In this document: piece after piece, positions 51,140 through 64,000 of the stretch | Numbering within the stretch: position 1 is the first letter of the stretch | Layout: every line of letters starts with the position of its first letter | Position numbers and translations under genes: made by a program | Source of the DNA: Macrostomum lignano | Lineage: Eukaryota | Length of the DNA: 64,000 nt | Assembly (NCBI GenBank): GCA_002269645.1 | Contig: NIVC01002872.1 | Span: 1 to 64,000 of the forward strand | Direction: 5' to 3' | The notes under the pieces: model-generated | Database searches by the model: none | What the model was told of the DNA's origin: nothing | The model's input: the letters and a program-made list of their open reading frames with translations, nothing else

Positions 51140-52108
51140 CTTCGGATTCGTCAAAAGTGAGTTCAAATTCGTCAGCGTATGCAAAACTATATAGCGCTCA
51201 AGGGGAAGAGAATGAGTGTCTATGGTAAATTTTTAGAGAAAGTGACTTCGAATTCGTCTAAGTAAGTGAAATTCGTCAGTGCAAATACAGCCTGATCAGA
51301 AAGTGTTTGCTTTGTCCATGGTAAGAAAAGAAGATGTCTATGGTAAATTTAAGTAAGAAAGTGAGTGAAGTTCGTCTGTAGAAAAGTAGCCAATTTCTTG
51401 AAATCTTTATTTCATGCTTTGATTGTTGTCAGAGATGCCCTACATGAGAATTTCGTCTGTGGATCGCTCTAGACTCGTGCGATGTTTTCAACAAGGACGA
51501 GACTGGAGACAACTCGCAATTGAACTGGATATGAAGAGGACAACTGCCAGTGACATCATCAGGAGATATGTTGATGAGGGGATGATTGATCTTAACGCGC
51601 GTGGAGGTGCAGTGAGACTAAGGTTTTCTGAGGAGATGCTCGGGGCGTTGACGAGGTATGTGGAAGAGAAGCCGACTGTGACCCTCAAAGAAATGCAGCA
51701 AACGCTTGTTGCAGATTTTCCTGCTGCTCCTGCTGACAACGCAGGCAATCAGTCGTCGGCTTGACGGGACTTTGTGCGTTACATTGGCTGTTTGTTGTCA
51801 TGCAGGGCATCTCTGACAACAAGCAAAGCATGAAATGAAGATTTCAAGAAATTGGGCTACTTTTCCACAGACGAACTTCACTCACTTTCTTACTTAAATT
51901 TACCATAGACATCTTCTTTTCTTACCATGGACAAAGCAAACACTTTTTCTGATCAGGCTGTATTTGCACTGACGAATTTCACTTACTTAGACGAATTCGA
52001 AGTCACTTTCTCTAAAAATTTACCATAGACACTCATTCTCTTCCCCTTGAGCGCTATATAGTTTTGCATACGCTGACGAATTTGAACTCACTTTTGACGA
52101 ATCTGAAG
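51140..52108 (+). mobile_element. Non-autonomous Tc1/IS630-like element with ~310-bp inverted repeats and only the transposase N-terminus
   Basis: 51140-51448 is mirrored by ~51799-52108. ORF from ATG 51435: MPYMRIS...DWRQLAIELDMKRTTASDIIRRY...RGG...PTVTLKEMQQTL (paired HTH-like). No DDE domain. Confidence 0.8.
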
Positions 52109-53957
52109 ATTTTTCTGTAGATTTTTCAAAATATAAAGTAAAAAGGTGTAAAGCACTAAAGCAATTGTCAAATCGATGAATAAAAAAGGACTTGTACACT
52201 TTACAAGTGCAGGGCTGACCATGGACCAACAGCCTTTACTAGTAATTTTTGGAGTCTATGGTAAAAGAATAGTTATGTGCTGCACAGTAGCCGTTCCGGA
52301 CGAATATGGTCAGCAGCGCTGATTATACGAAAAATGGGTGAAAAAAGCCCTACTTATCTGCAATGGAATGCAGCGACTCGGTTTCAGCATTCTCTGTGAT
52401 GACATCATCAGTCTCAAAATCCGATGTATGCAAAATGTCCACGGTTGTAGCTGATTTAATTTTCAATAAAATGATGCACTACTCGAATTAAGTGCTTATT
52501 AAGTAGGTTCAGTGCTTTCTCTTTCAAAAAGGCCTGCTTGCAGATTTTAAAGTGAACCGTTGTGTCTATAGCTAGATATCGAGTGTACACACTGCATAAT
52601 CTATTTAGAGAGCATTAAGTGAAATGCACTTCGAGACTGCTTTTTTCGACCCTAGATTGGACCCTTGTCCAAGCCGAGTCCAAAATGATCCCTTCTCGGC
52701 TAGAAAGGCTTTGCACAGGGGCGCAATAAGAATCTAGCTATAGTCTATGGTCAGCCCAGCTGACCAGATCGGCAGGAACGGAGCTTTTGTATTTCTAGCT
52801 CCGGCGCGAAAAGGTTAAAAACAGAATAATAAAATTATTGCATAATTATAATGCAATCGAAAGCAAAAAAGATTGCATCCTAATTGAAGGTATAACATTC
52901 TAAATGATTTTTAAGCATGCGCAACTTTACAGTTTACAGTGCCACAGTAAAACACGCGTCGTACGTATTGCGAAACTGCGTCCCCAAGCGCTGGAGAGAG
53001 AAATTAGGCAGAAATGAAACACGGAGTAGCATGAACTGAGGAGAATATTCCACTGTAAAAAGCATCATCCTAATCGCCTTTCGCACGCACGCACACCCAA
53101 TCTAGTCTACCCTCGATGACTAAACAAAAAACGGGAGAGACTGAGCCAATCCCAACACAGACACAATCCAGCGGCAGGGCACTTGGCTAGGAAAGGAAAC
53201 AGGCGCTAATGGCAAAGGGCAGACATTTAGCCAATCCCAAAGTTGCCAAGAAACTGACAGCTAGCTCAGCGTGAGTTCAAGTTTCATAGAGCATCGGGAA
53301 AATAGGCTTTGCGTCATTCACCTTCATTCTCAGCGTCAATGCATCATCATCCCATTTATATCGAATATCATCAGCTGCCAGACAGAGACGCAATAGCTAC
53401 GACAACATCGAACAGCCAGGAATAGCGAGCCGAACTAATTGGGCCAAGATGATTAGTCCGAATCTTTAGCAGAGCAGCCCAAGCTAATCACTTGGGATTT
53501 GGGAATTCAAAGAAACAGAAGGTAAAAACCAACGCGACAGGATGCAACAGCTGAGCCCAATTAAATTCAATTAATAATACACGCGAATAGCCATGAGGAA
53601 GACGTCATTTGCATAGTGAGAACTGTGCGCATTGTAATTATTTGCTGGACTGGCTGGCTAACTAAAGCGGCTGTAAAAGCAGCTGGCTTTCTATAATAGA
53701 TAGCTCGAAGAAGCAGGCCTATCTTTAATTTTCCCTATTTTTGAAATATTGATCCTGAGCAATGATGGAAAATTGCTAGCCTATGTAGGTTCTGAAAAAA
53801 ACTACAAGTAGTCGCTAAAAAAAGATATCTTATCTTCTAACTGCAGGATGGCTGATAGTTTCGCAACAGGAGACATCAATAAAGATTTTTAAAAACCATT
53901 GTCTTATATAACCCTAAATGTACTCATATTAGTCTTTTTAAGACTAGCGAGAGAAAA

Positions 53958-54315
53958 TACAGGTAGACTCTAAAGGACTAGGGTAGACTCTGAAGGACTA
54001 GGGTAGACTCTAAAGGACTAGGGTAGACTCTAAAAGACTAGGGTAGACTCTAAAGGACTGGACAGACTCTAAAGGACTAGGGTAGACTTTAAAGGACTAG
54101 GGTAGACTCTAAAGGACTGGGTAGACTCTGAAGGACTGGGTAGACTCTGAAGGACTAGGCAGACTCTGAAGGACTAGGGTAACTCTAAAGGACTAGGGTA
54201 GACTCTAAAGGACTAGACAGACTGAAGGACTGGGGTAGACTGAAGGATGAAGATAGACACTGAAGGACTGGGACAGACTGAAGGATGAAGATAGACACTG
54301 AAGGACTAGGATAAA
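53958..54315. repeat. 20-bp minisatellite
   Basis: GGACTAGGGTAGACTCTAAA units, decaying rightwards. Confidence 0.9.
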
Positions 54316-54602
54316 CTCTTAAAACTAAGATAAGCTCCAAGATAAGCACTTCTCAAAAATGTGCAAAAAAACTACAAAAGCTCTTCTAATATAATTTAAG
54401 AGTTTCTAAAAAATATAAATAATATTCCTTATAATAAAAATATAATGGCAATAAGATTATTTCCATTTTATAATATATAATCATTAGCCATAGAATATTT
54501 TACTTTTTATAAATATATATTATGGTGCATAGACATTTTTATTAAGGTATTTTTCTTGGTTAGGCCTAAAACTCTAAACAGTAGAATAGAATTAATAAAT
54601 AA

Positions 54603-54985
54603 TAGAGGTGGATGGGATCCCAATCCCGATCTCGAAATCTCGTGATCCCGAGGAAAATTGAATTCCCGTGGGACCAGAATCCCGACCTTAAAAACTCGAG
54701 ATTCGGGAACAGGTCTTTCGATTAGTGATTAGTGATTACAGAATTAGTGATTACTTGTAGGTATTTTGCTTTAACTTGTACTCGTTACATTATTTACTTT
54801 GTTGGTTACAAAACTTCATATCAATTTCGTTGTGTTTTACTTCTTGATCTTGATAATCTTTTCTCAATTTTGTTTAACTTTACATGGACAATACACTAAA
54901 AGACCTGATCCCGATCCCAATCCTGAGAAAAAAATTATTCCCAATCCCGATCCCGCCCAAAGATTTCAATCCCGTCCGACCTCTA
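54603..54985. mobile_element. hAT-type MITE, 383 bp
   Basis: TIRs TAGAGGTGGATGGGAT and ATCCCGTCCGACCTCTA; perfect 8-bp TSD ATAAATAA (54595-54602, 54986-54993). Confidence 0.85.
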
Positions 54986-55012
54986 ATAAATAACAAAATA
55001 TTATGCTACAAG

Positions 55013-55396
55013 TAATGATGGATCGAAATTATTTTTCAAATTGAAATCGAAATCAAAATCCACGCCGATGAGTTTAGCCAGTGGGCTTGTGGAGGTTGAG
55101 GTGGGTGCAGCACAAGGCCTGGAACAGTGTGTGCCCCGCACAATCTTTCTTGTAGAAAAGGTGATTCTCACCTCTCCACTGAGTCTTTGAACCGCACTTT
55201 CTTTCACTTCCTATAGATTTTCTTTCTTGTGTAGCATGATCATCAATGTCTAAATTGTTAAAAAGTAACCAAAATTTCGAAATGATTTTCAATGAATTGT
55301 GTCAAAATTCAAAATTGAAATTGAAATTATTTCAATGCAAAATTAGTTTCGAAATTCGGAATATTGAAATCGAAATTGAATTTCAATCCATCACTA
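55013..55396. mobile_element. hAT-type MITE, 384 bp
   Basis: TIRs TAATGATGGATCGAAATT and AATTTCAATCCATCACTA; perfect 8-bp TSD GCTACAAG (55005-55012, 55397-55404). Confidence 0.88.
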
Positions 55397-57411
55397 GCTA
55401 CAAGTCTAATACTAATTTTAGCAAAAATTGAACTATTCTAAAGATATAAAAAAACTTATTTATTATAACATAAACATATTTTGAATTTCCTTGCTTACTA
55501 AAAGTCAACTAACCTTGATTAGGCCTAGGGACTTAAGGTTAAGAAAAAATGACATTGATCTTTTTATTATTATTTTTAGTATAAAGGCCCCTATGCAGCA
55601 ATATAACATTGGCAATATTAGTCACCATCCCAATGTTTATTAATGTCTATAAGTATAATAGATATATACTTTTTCATTTCTACAATAGCTACTCTCAGTT
55701 TGCTATATAGGATAGCTGTTATAGAATTATAGATCTACAAATGTTTTACTCTTTATTATTGTATGTTAATTATAATGAGTTTTAACATTATATATATAGA
55801 TACACATAATGAGCTTTTTGCATATATGCAAGAAATATAACTAGGTTAAATATAAGAAAAAGTTGCATAGGCCTTAATTAGAAATAAAAAATTGATATTT
55901 AATAAATTTTTAATATATATTCATTTTTGTTGTTCTATTATACTATTAATCAAAATGTCTATTAACCAAAAATGTCTAATTGCCTAATTATAAATTATAA
56001 TATCCATAGTCCGGATTATGCTATGTGCATGCCCAAGCAAAAATTGAATAATTACAAATGCATACCAAAAAATATAGTGCATACCCATTCTAAAAATATG
56101 CCAGTGTTGCAACAATAAATGACCATTTTTATATTGTGACAATAAAATACCTTTTTTAAATTGCATAATAGACCCTTATTACCAGATAATTTGGTTGCTT
56201 TTTATGCTTTTTCAGCAATACTATTTATAGTGGAAAATTTATACACTCAGAGATTTGTTTAAATGCTTTTTTTACAAGCTTGAAAAAATCGGAAAGCTTG
56301 AAATTTGCACTAAAAATAAACTTTTTATCTTTTTTCAACCTCACAATTACTCTTACGCATGATTCTATAAAGTGCATGCCAGGTGTGCATGCATACTATT
56401 TTCTCAGAAGTGATGCATGCCAACTGTGCACGCTTAATTTTGATGTGCAAGGTCAATACACACCCAAATTTTTTGGCATATCGTATGTATACTACATGAT
56501 CCGGAGTGTGGTATAATATATCTTCATTTTAGCTTAATAATTGATAAGAGAATAGTAGATAAAAATAAAAACAAATGGATATATATATATGATTGTAGAA
56601 TTGTATAACAAATAATAATATTTTTAACTTAGCTTATCTGCCATACTCTGGATCATGTTAAAGGCATGCTAGAATTCATAATCATATTGGAACTAAATGC
56701 ATATAATGCATGCTAAACCAATACAAACCAGAAAATTCCAATATTAAAGACATCTCTTAGAATGTGATTTAGCTATTATGATCTAATATATAACCTGTGC
56801 CCTTTGCACAAAAATAGCTACATAATATCTAATTAGAATAATATCACTTAATATAAACTATATAGGCCTAGTATGAATAGATAAATTCCTACTCTATACC
56901 TATCTATGCTAGAAATTTTGGTAGATATCCTTTTGACTGTGCCACTATGTAAGAAATTAGTCAGAAATCCATTTCTGTTGTAAGGTAATTCCTAAAAAAT
57001 AAACATATATAACTAATGACAATGCCCATGGAATATAACCAGACTATTTCTGTCCTAAAGCCTTTCTTTAATTTAATCTCATTTATTTCAGACTGATACG
57101 ACCTTCTAAGGTCTAATTGACAATTTACAGTTATGCGAAATGACGGGCCGCATTCGAACTATCCAACTCCAACTCCAACTCCAAATTCGTGAAAAGATAA
57201 ACAAATTTTCAAATCCTACAAAAGCTAACTGTATGTCTGAAACTAAGATAATCAGATGATAAAAAAACAACTGTTTTCTACATTTTTGTGACTTTTCAGT
57301 CACATTCATTCATCCATCTTGTTGCTATTGATCTTCAATTTAAAATAGACGACATAAATTCAACAATTTCCGTACATTTACAGACTGTATTAAAATGTTT
57401 GAAGACCTGGT

Positions 57412-57650
57412 CTGCACTCAAAACTGAAAACTAATTTGGAGTTTAAGTGAAAATCAAAATTAACAAAAGAAATCTACATTTCTGTGCAATTTCTGCAAGA
57501 TTCATGCATCCAACTCGGAGTTATTGACCTCTAGTTTGAAATGGACGTTTAAATGCGTACATCTTAGTGCATTTACAGTATGAAAACAAAAGTTTGAAAA
57601 TCTGGGCTGCACTCAAAACTGAAAACTAATTTGGAGTTGAAGTAAAAATC
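57412..57650. repeat. 44-bp direct repeat pair 195 bp apart
   Basis: CTGCACTCAAAACTGAAAACTAATTTGGAGTT... at 57412 and 57607. Confidence 0.8.
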
Positions 57651-58274
57651 TGACGTCAGTTATAACAAATCGGCTTAACCAATCAGCGTCGAGGTGTTCC
57701 ATTTTAACAAATTGCGGCTCGAATATAAACCGAAGTTTTTGGCCCGCTCGGACTCAACACTGCATAATCTCTCCACTGCAAGAATCCCCTGCACAAGTCC
57801 CCTCTGTACCTGCATGGTCAATGCGATCGAGTCCCAGCAGTGTCCCTTACCATCGGCTATGACTTCGAGATTGATAGCAAAAGGACACTAGTTAATTTTG
57901 GCAGGTAAGTGCTAAGCCCCTTCAGTTGGAAGCCCGATTTCGAAAGTCCCGGTTTGGTGAGCCAGGACGCACGGGCTGGTGGCAGCGGGTTAGTTAATCT
58001 GTAGATTAGCTGATCTCTACCTTCAAAATTCTCCCTGCTTGTCTCTCGCTGTCCCTCTCTTAGCTAAAGGGAACTAGACTGCTCGCCACAGATCAAGCTA
58101 CCATGGGGCTGACCATCTGACAGGAGTGGGGGCCAGGACTCTAATTGATTTATTTCTGAGACCTGAGGCCCGGAGGCTTTTAATGCTGAAAAGGCCGAAA
58201 CCCATCATAACCCGATATTACTTAAATCAGGGTATCTGATTCTGTGACCAAAGGCCTGTGTGGCACTCACCTCT

Positions 58275-59265
58275 AATCTCTGTCTAGTGAATTACGCTCG
58301 CATGCTGAGCCGGTGAATGCAATTTAAATAAATTAGAGTACTAAGACACGTACCGCTCAAAAGAGTTTGGCGAGTTTTTTCTACTTCCAATTGCAAGTAC
58401 TCGTCTCCGAACCCATAATTTCACATTGGCGACGCGGATATGGCTGCGACTGGTAGAATTCCAGAACTCTGCAAATTCAGATATTGAGATACTTGGAGAG
58501 GCTTGAACAATAATACTTCATCTGCAAGGACGTCCGAGAGGAGGCGAATGTCGTCACTCTGGTGACCGCCATAGAAGAGGATGACGAGAGACTGCGCGAC
58601 CAGCCTGTCTTCGGTCTCCACAGCGATGTGCACCGTGAAAAACAGCCTGACTTGAAGATGCTGGTTGCCAGAGTCGACGCGGAGCGATCTTCGTCGGAGA
58701 TGGCGCACCGGGCTGAAGCAGTTGTCCACCTGCGTCTCCACAAGAATTCCACTGCACTGAAGGAGGTCAATAAGCAGGCCCGTCATCGGTAGCTCAAGCC
58801 AACGCTGTGCGGACAGCTACTGCCACAGGCGCGTGTGCGAGCGGCGGCGGCGTCTATACAGTCGGCAGCAATGCAAGCTTCGTGAGGCCAAGTGCCACAA
58901 CTGCGGAAAGTCGGGCATATCCGGAAGGTGTGCAGGTCTTCTAAGCTGCACAAGTTGGATTCCGAAGCAGGCTGAGCTGTAGGAGCCCTTCTTCAGAGCG
59001 AGCGGGTCGAGCAAGAGTCTGGCGCTTGAGCTTGCTGCTCCAAGGCAAGCCTTGTCGCTTCAAGGTGGATACTGCTGGCTCCGCACTTACCGTCATCCCG
59101 AAAAGCCTCCAGGAGGATGCTCTGTCAGGTCTCCGCCTGAGCTGAGACTCGACTGGCCGATGATCCTTGGCCAAGTCAACTGGGTGACCGGACAAGCAGC
59201 TGACCTGTTGGCGCAGTTCCCCGAGGTCTTCCAAGGCGGCCTGGGCATACCTTCCATCAACGTTA
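58275..59265 (+). mobile_element. Decayed Mag-clade-like gypsy element: LTR end, PBS, gag and pol remnants
   Basis: LTR ends ...ATAATTTCACA (58425), PBS TGGCGACG (58427), ATG 58440; broken frames YLERLEQ*YF..., CKLREAKCHNCGKSG and LRLDWP...LLAQFPEVF. Confidence 0.75.
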
Positions 59266-59267
59266 AA

Positions 59268-61464
<2,197 letters not shown>

Positions 61465-61543
<79 letters not shown>
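61465..61543. repeat. (CT)n tract 3' of the PLE
   Basis: Pure dinucleotide run. Confidence 0.95.
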
Positions 61544-61547
<4 letters not shown>

Positions 61548-61649
61548 GTGTTGGCCAGTGCAGCACCCATCCGTGGCTATTGAATTAAATTATTGAATTG
61601 AAATAATTCTTCAATTATTAATTATTCATTTTATTGAACTATTGAATTG

Positions 61650-61774
61650 AATCTCTGTCTATTGAATTACGTTGAGCCAGTGAATGCAATTTAAATAAAG
61701 ACCAAGACAAGAGTCTCGCGTTTTTTATTTCCAATTGCTTTAATTGCAAGTACTAGTCTCCGAACCCATAATTT
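61650..61774 (+). mobile_element. Second, diverged copy of the Mag-like LTR 3' part
   Basis: Shares AATCTCTGTCTA, GTGAATGCAATTTAAATAAA and AAGTACT.GTCTCCGAACCCATAATTT with 58275-58421. Confidence 0.7.
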
Positions 61775-63332
61775 AATTTGCCACTGTCACTTTGTAGGTT
61801 AATTTCGGTTACCAAACTCATAAATAGTATCGTTTGTTCACGTACAATCACGTTAATTAACATTTAAGCTATTAGTTAATTAACCCCTTATATTAACCCT
61901 CGTTTTCGACGGGCAATAAACCTGCTTGCTAAAGTTTCCAAGAAACGTAGTTTCCCGTCCTTCTACTTGAGTGGTCTTCGATGGATACTCCGTCCGTTTA
62001 AAGCACAACTGTCTTAATGGAAGTGATCTTTGAATAGCGTCAATAATCTTTTAGAAAATTCCTGTCGAAGCAATATATGCTACTATAGAAAAAGGAAGGC
62101 AGACAGAAATTATGTTTTCTCAAACTGGCGCAAATAGTTTCACTGACGAATTTTCGCTCTCAATGCTCCCACAGCACTACTACGAGCTCGCAACGTGAAA
62201 GACGCAAGTTCGGCTATAATTTAGTAGGCTTCATTAAATAACTTCAAAGTATATCAAGACCTGCATTTCTCGAAGAAAATGAGATGCTTGCTGAAATAGG
62301 TGCAAAGAATCGCTACCCATCATTGCAAGCGCAAGACTCTGATACTGTCACTGGCGGCGGGCGGATGAGCTAGCTTCCACACCTGAGACTGAGACATTCT
62401 GTCAGTTTTCTTCGCGTCCAGCAGGCTACATGCATGGCTAATATACCATTTTCGAGAGCTGTTTTCTGCCTCCAACGACACCTGCTGTCACCAACTACAA
62501 GAGGATTTGTAGGATTTCTGCTGTTGCTAGCAATCTTTCTGCTCAGATTCGCAGAGGCAGTTTCTGCGCATGACGCAGGACATCTAATCAAGAGGTATGA
62601 ATCCTTTTGACTAGCTGCTTAGGATTTACACAACCTAATTAGGAAAACATGTCGTGAATTAATAGCTTCACCCAACGCCAGTGTAACAGACGCATGTCTC
62701 ATCTGTGTCGGGACTTGTCGAGTTGCAATTCTTCATGGCCATTGACGCTAAACCGTCTTTTCAACTGACAAGCAGCGATTTTGGATTTGGAGGGGGGGGG
62801 GCATTATCCATAGCGTACTCTCGTACGTTGAAGTGAATTTCTCCTTGATTGTAGAATTGTCTCCATAACGCTGTCGAGCATTGTGATTGGGATATCGGGG
62901 AAACGTTCCGCGGGGAAATGTACCGGTATAGTACATTTTTGAGGTAATGCTACAAAGCCGCTAAAAGTTTGCAACCAAATACTTGCAACCATGCAGCGCT
63001 AGAGAGATGAGGATTACCGGTACATAATGAAAAATTAAATGAATTGAATGAGACGTAGAGATTTACTTTTTATCGCAGAGGAAATCTGTATGCAGGAGGG
63101 AAACACTACCAATTTCAAAATGCTAGTGAATACTGCCAGTGGATGCTGCCAGACTGAATTTGCTGAATGCCTCCCGTTGGCTAAAACTCATTGAGTCGCC
63201 ACAGTTGCACAAACCAATCGGAAGTCCTCTACAAATTCTTCCCAGCCTGGCAAAACCCACTCCCATAAATTGACTCATTGCAAACGAGAAAGAACTCTCT
63301 CTCTGCTTTGGTTCGGATTTGAAATAGCAATC

Positions 63333-64000
63333 ATGGAGATGGCTAACAACAGCGACAAAGCGTCCAGCTCCAGTTCCAGTGCCAACCGTAATCAGCTGGC
63401 GTACCGGTGGGTGCAGATGCTGATCGGGCTTGGCCTGGTGCCTTTGGTGTGCCTAATTGGCATCGTCTGCAACATCCTGTGCGTGCTGGTTTTTGCTAAA
63501 CGAAAGATGCGCACTTCAACTAACATCTACTTATTGACGCTTGCTTTCGGCGATCTCATGAAGCTAGTTAACGATCTGATGTACACTCCTAGTGTCATCT
63601 GTAAGTACTTCTTTGCTGGCAGCGAAGATGTGATCTATGTGAACTACTACCAGGCGGGTTATTTCCTGTCCCAGTACGCCTCCACTGTCGCAGCCTGGAT
63701 GACGGTGGCCGTTGCTTTTGAGCGTTTCCTCATGGTAGTTTTTCCAACCTCCTGCCGAGGCGCCCTAACTGTCGGCAAGGCAGCGCTGGCCAGTACCCTA
63801 ATCGCCATCCTGGTTCTACTGGTCAACATACCGATTGGGCTGCGCTACGAGAAGGTTCCCGTGCTGGATGCTAACTCCAGCCTTGTGCAGATCACGCTGA
63901 ACGTAACGCAACTCTGGACAAAATACTTGGCCTCGTCCTATTCGAATTTTCAATCAAGCTTTCGTTGCATTGTACCCTTGGTCATCCTGACGGTACTAAA
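63333..64000 (+). CDS. Class A peptide GPCR (FMRFamide/sex-peptide-receptor-like), partial, runs off the right edge
   Basis: Uninterrupted frame from ATG 63333: GIVCNILCVLVF (TM1), MRTSTNIYLLTLAFGD (TM2), AWMTVAVAFERFLMVVFP (TM3), IVPLVILTVL (TM5). Missing from the ORF track because there is no stop in the window. Confidence 0.9.
   Translation, partial: MEMANNSDKASSSSSSANRNQLAYRWVQMLIGLGLVPLVCLIGIVCNILCVLVFAKRKMRTSTNIYLLTLAFGDLMKLVNDLMYTPSVICKYFFAGSEDVIYVNYYQAGYFLSQYASTVAAWMTVAVAFERFLMVVFPTSCRGALTVGKAALASTLIAILVLLVNIPIGLRYEKVPVLDANSSLVQITLNVTQLWTKYLASSYSNFQSSFRCIVPLVILTVL

Overview
Animal genomic DNA: GC-rich, Ala/Gln-rich exons, GT-AG introns, AT-rich spacers and roughly 20% tandem repeat. 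This style suggests a free-living flatworm such as Macrostomum (inference only, not provable here). I assembled five minus-strand host genes by hand from splice sites and frame continuity: (1) a BED-finger gene that looks like a domesticated hAT derivative and runs off the left edge; (2) an inward-rectifier K+ channel; (3) a complete 13-exon serotonin-transporter-like SLC6 gene; (4) an orphan Leu-rich terminal exon; (5) a 3-exon ERR-like nuclear receptor. A plus-strand class A peptide GPCR runs off the right edge and is absent from the ORF track. Mobile DNA includes a 5'-truncated Ty3/gypsy pol, a decayed Mag-type gypsy, a Neptune-like Penelope element with a minimal hammerhead ribozyme, LINE fragments, two tRNA-derived SINE heads, three hAT-type MITEs and a foldback Tc1/IS630 derivative. 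Most long ORFs in the track come from minisatellites or are antisense shadows of real genes. I found no clear-cut new multi-gene system. The best leads are: a 1.15 kb minisatellite grown out of a SINE A-box; a three-level nest with the PLE and ribozyme inserted in a (CT)n tract whose empty paralog is in the same window; a transposon apparently built from two left ends; a variant-P-box nuclear receptor; and a different minisatellite in nearly every long intron.
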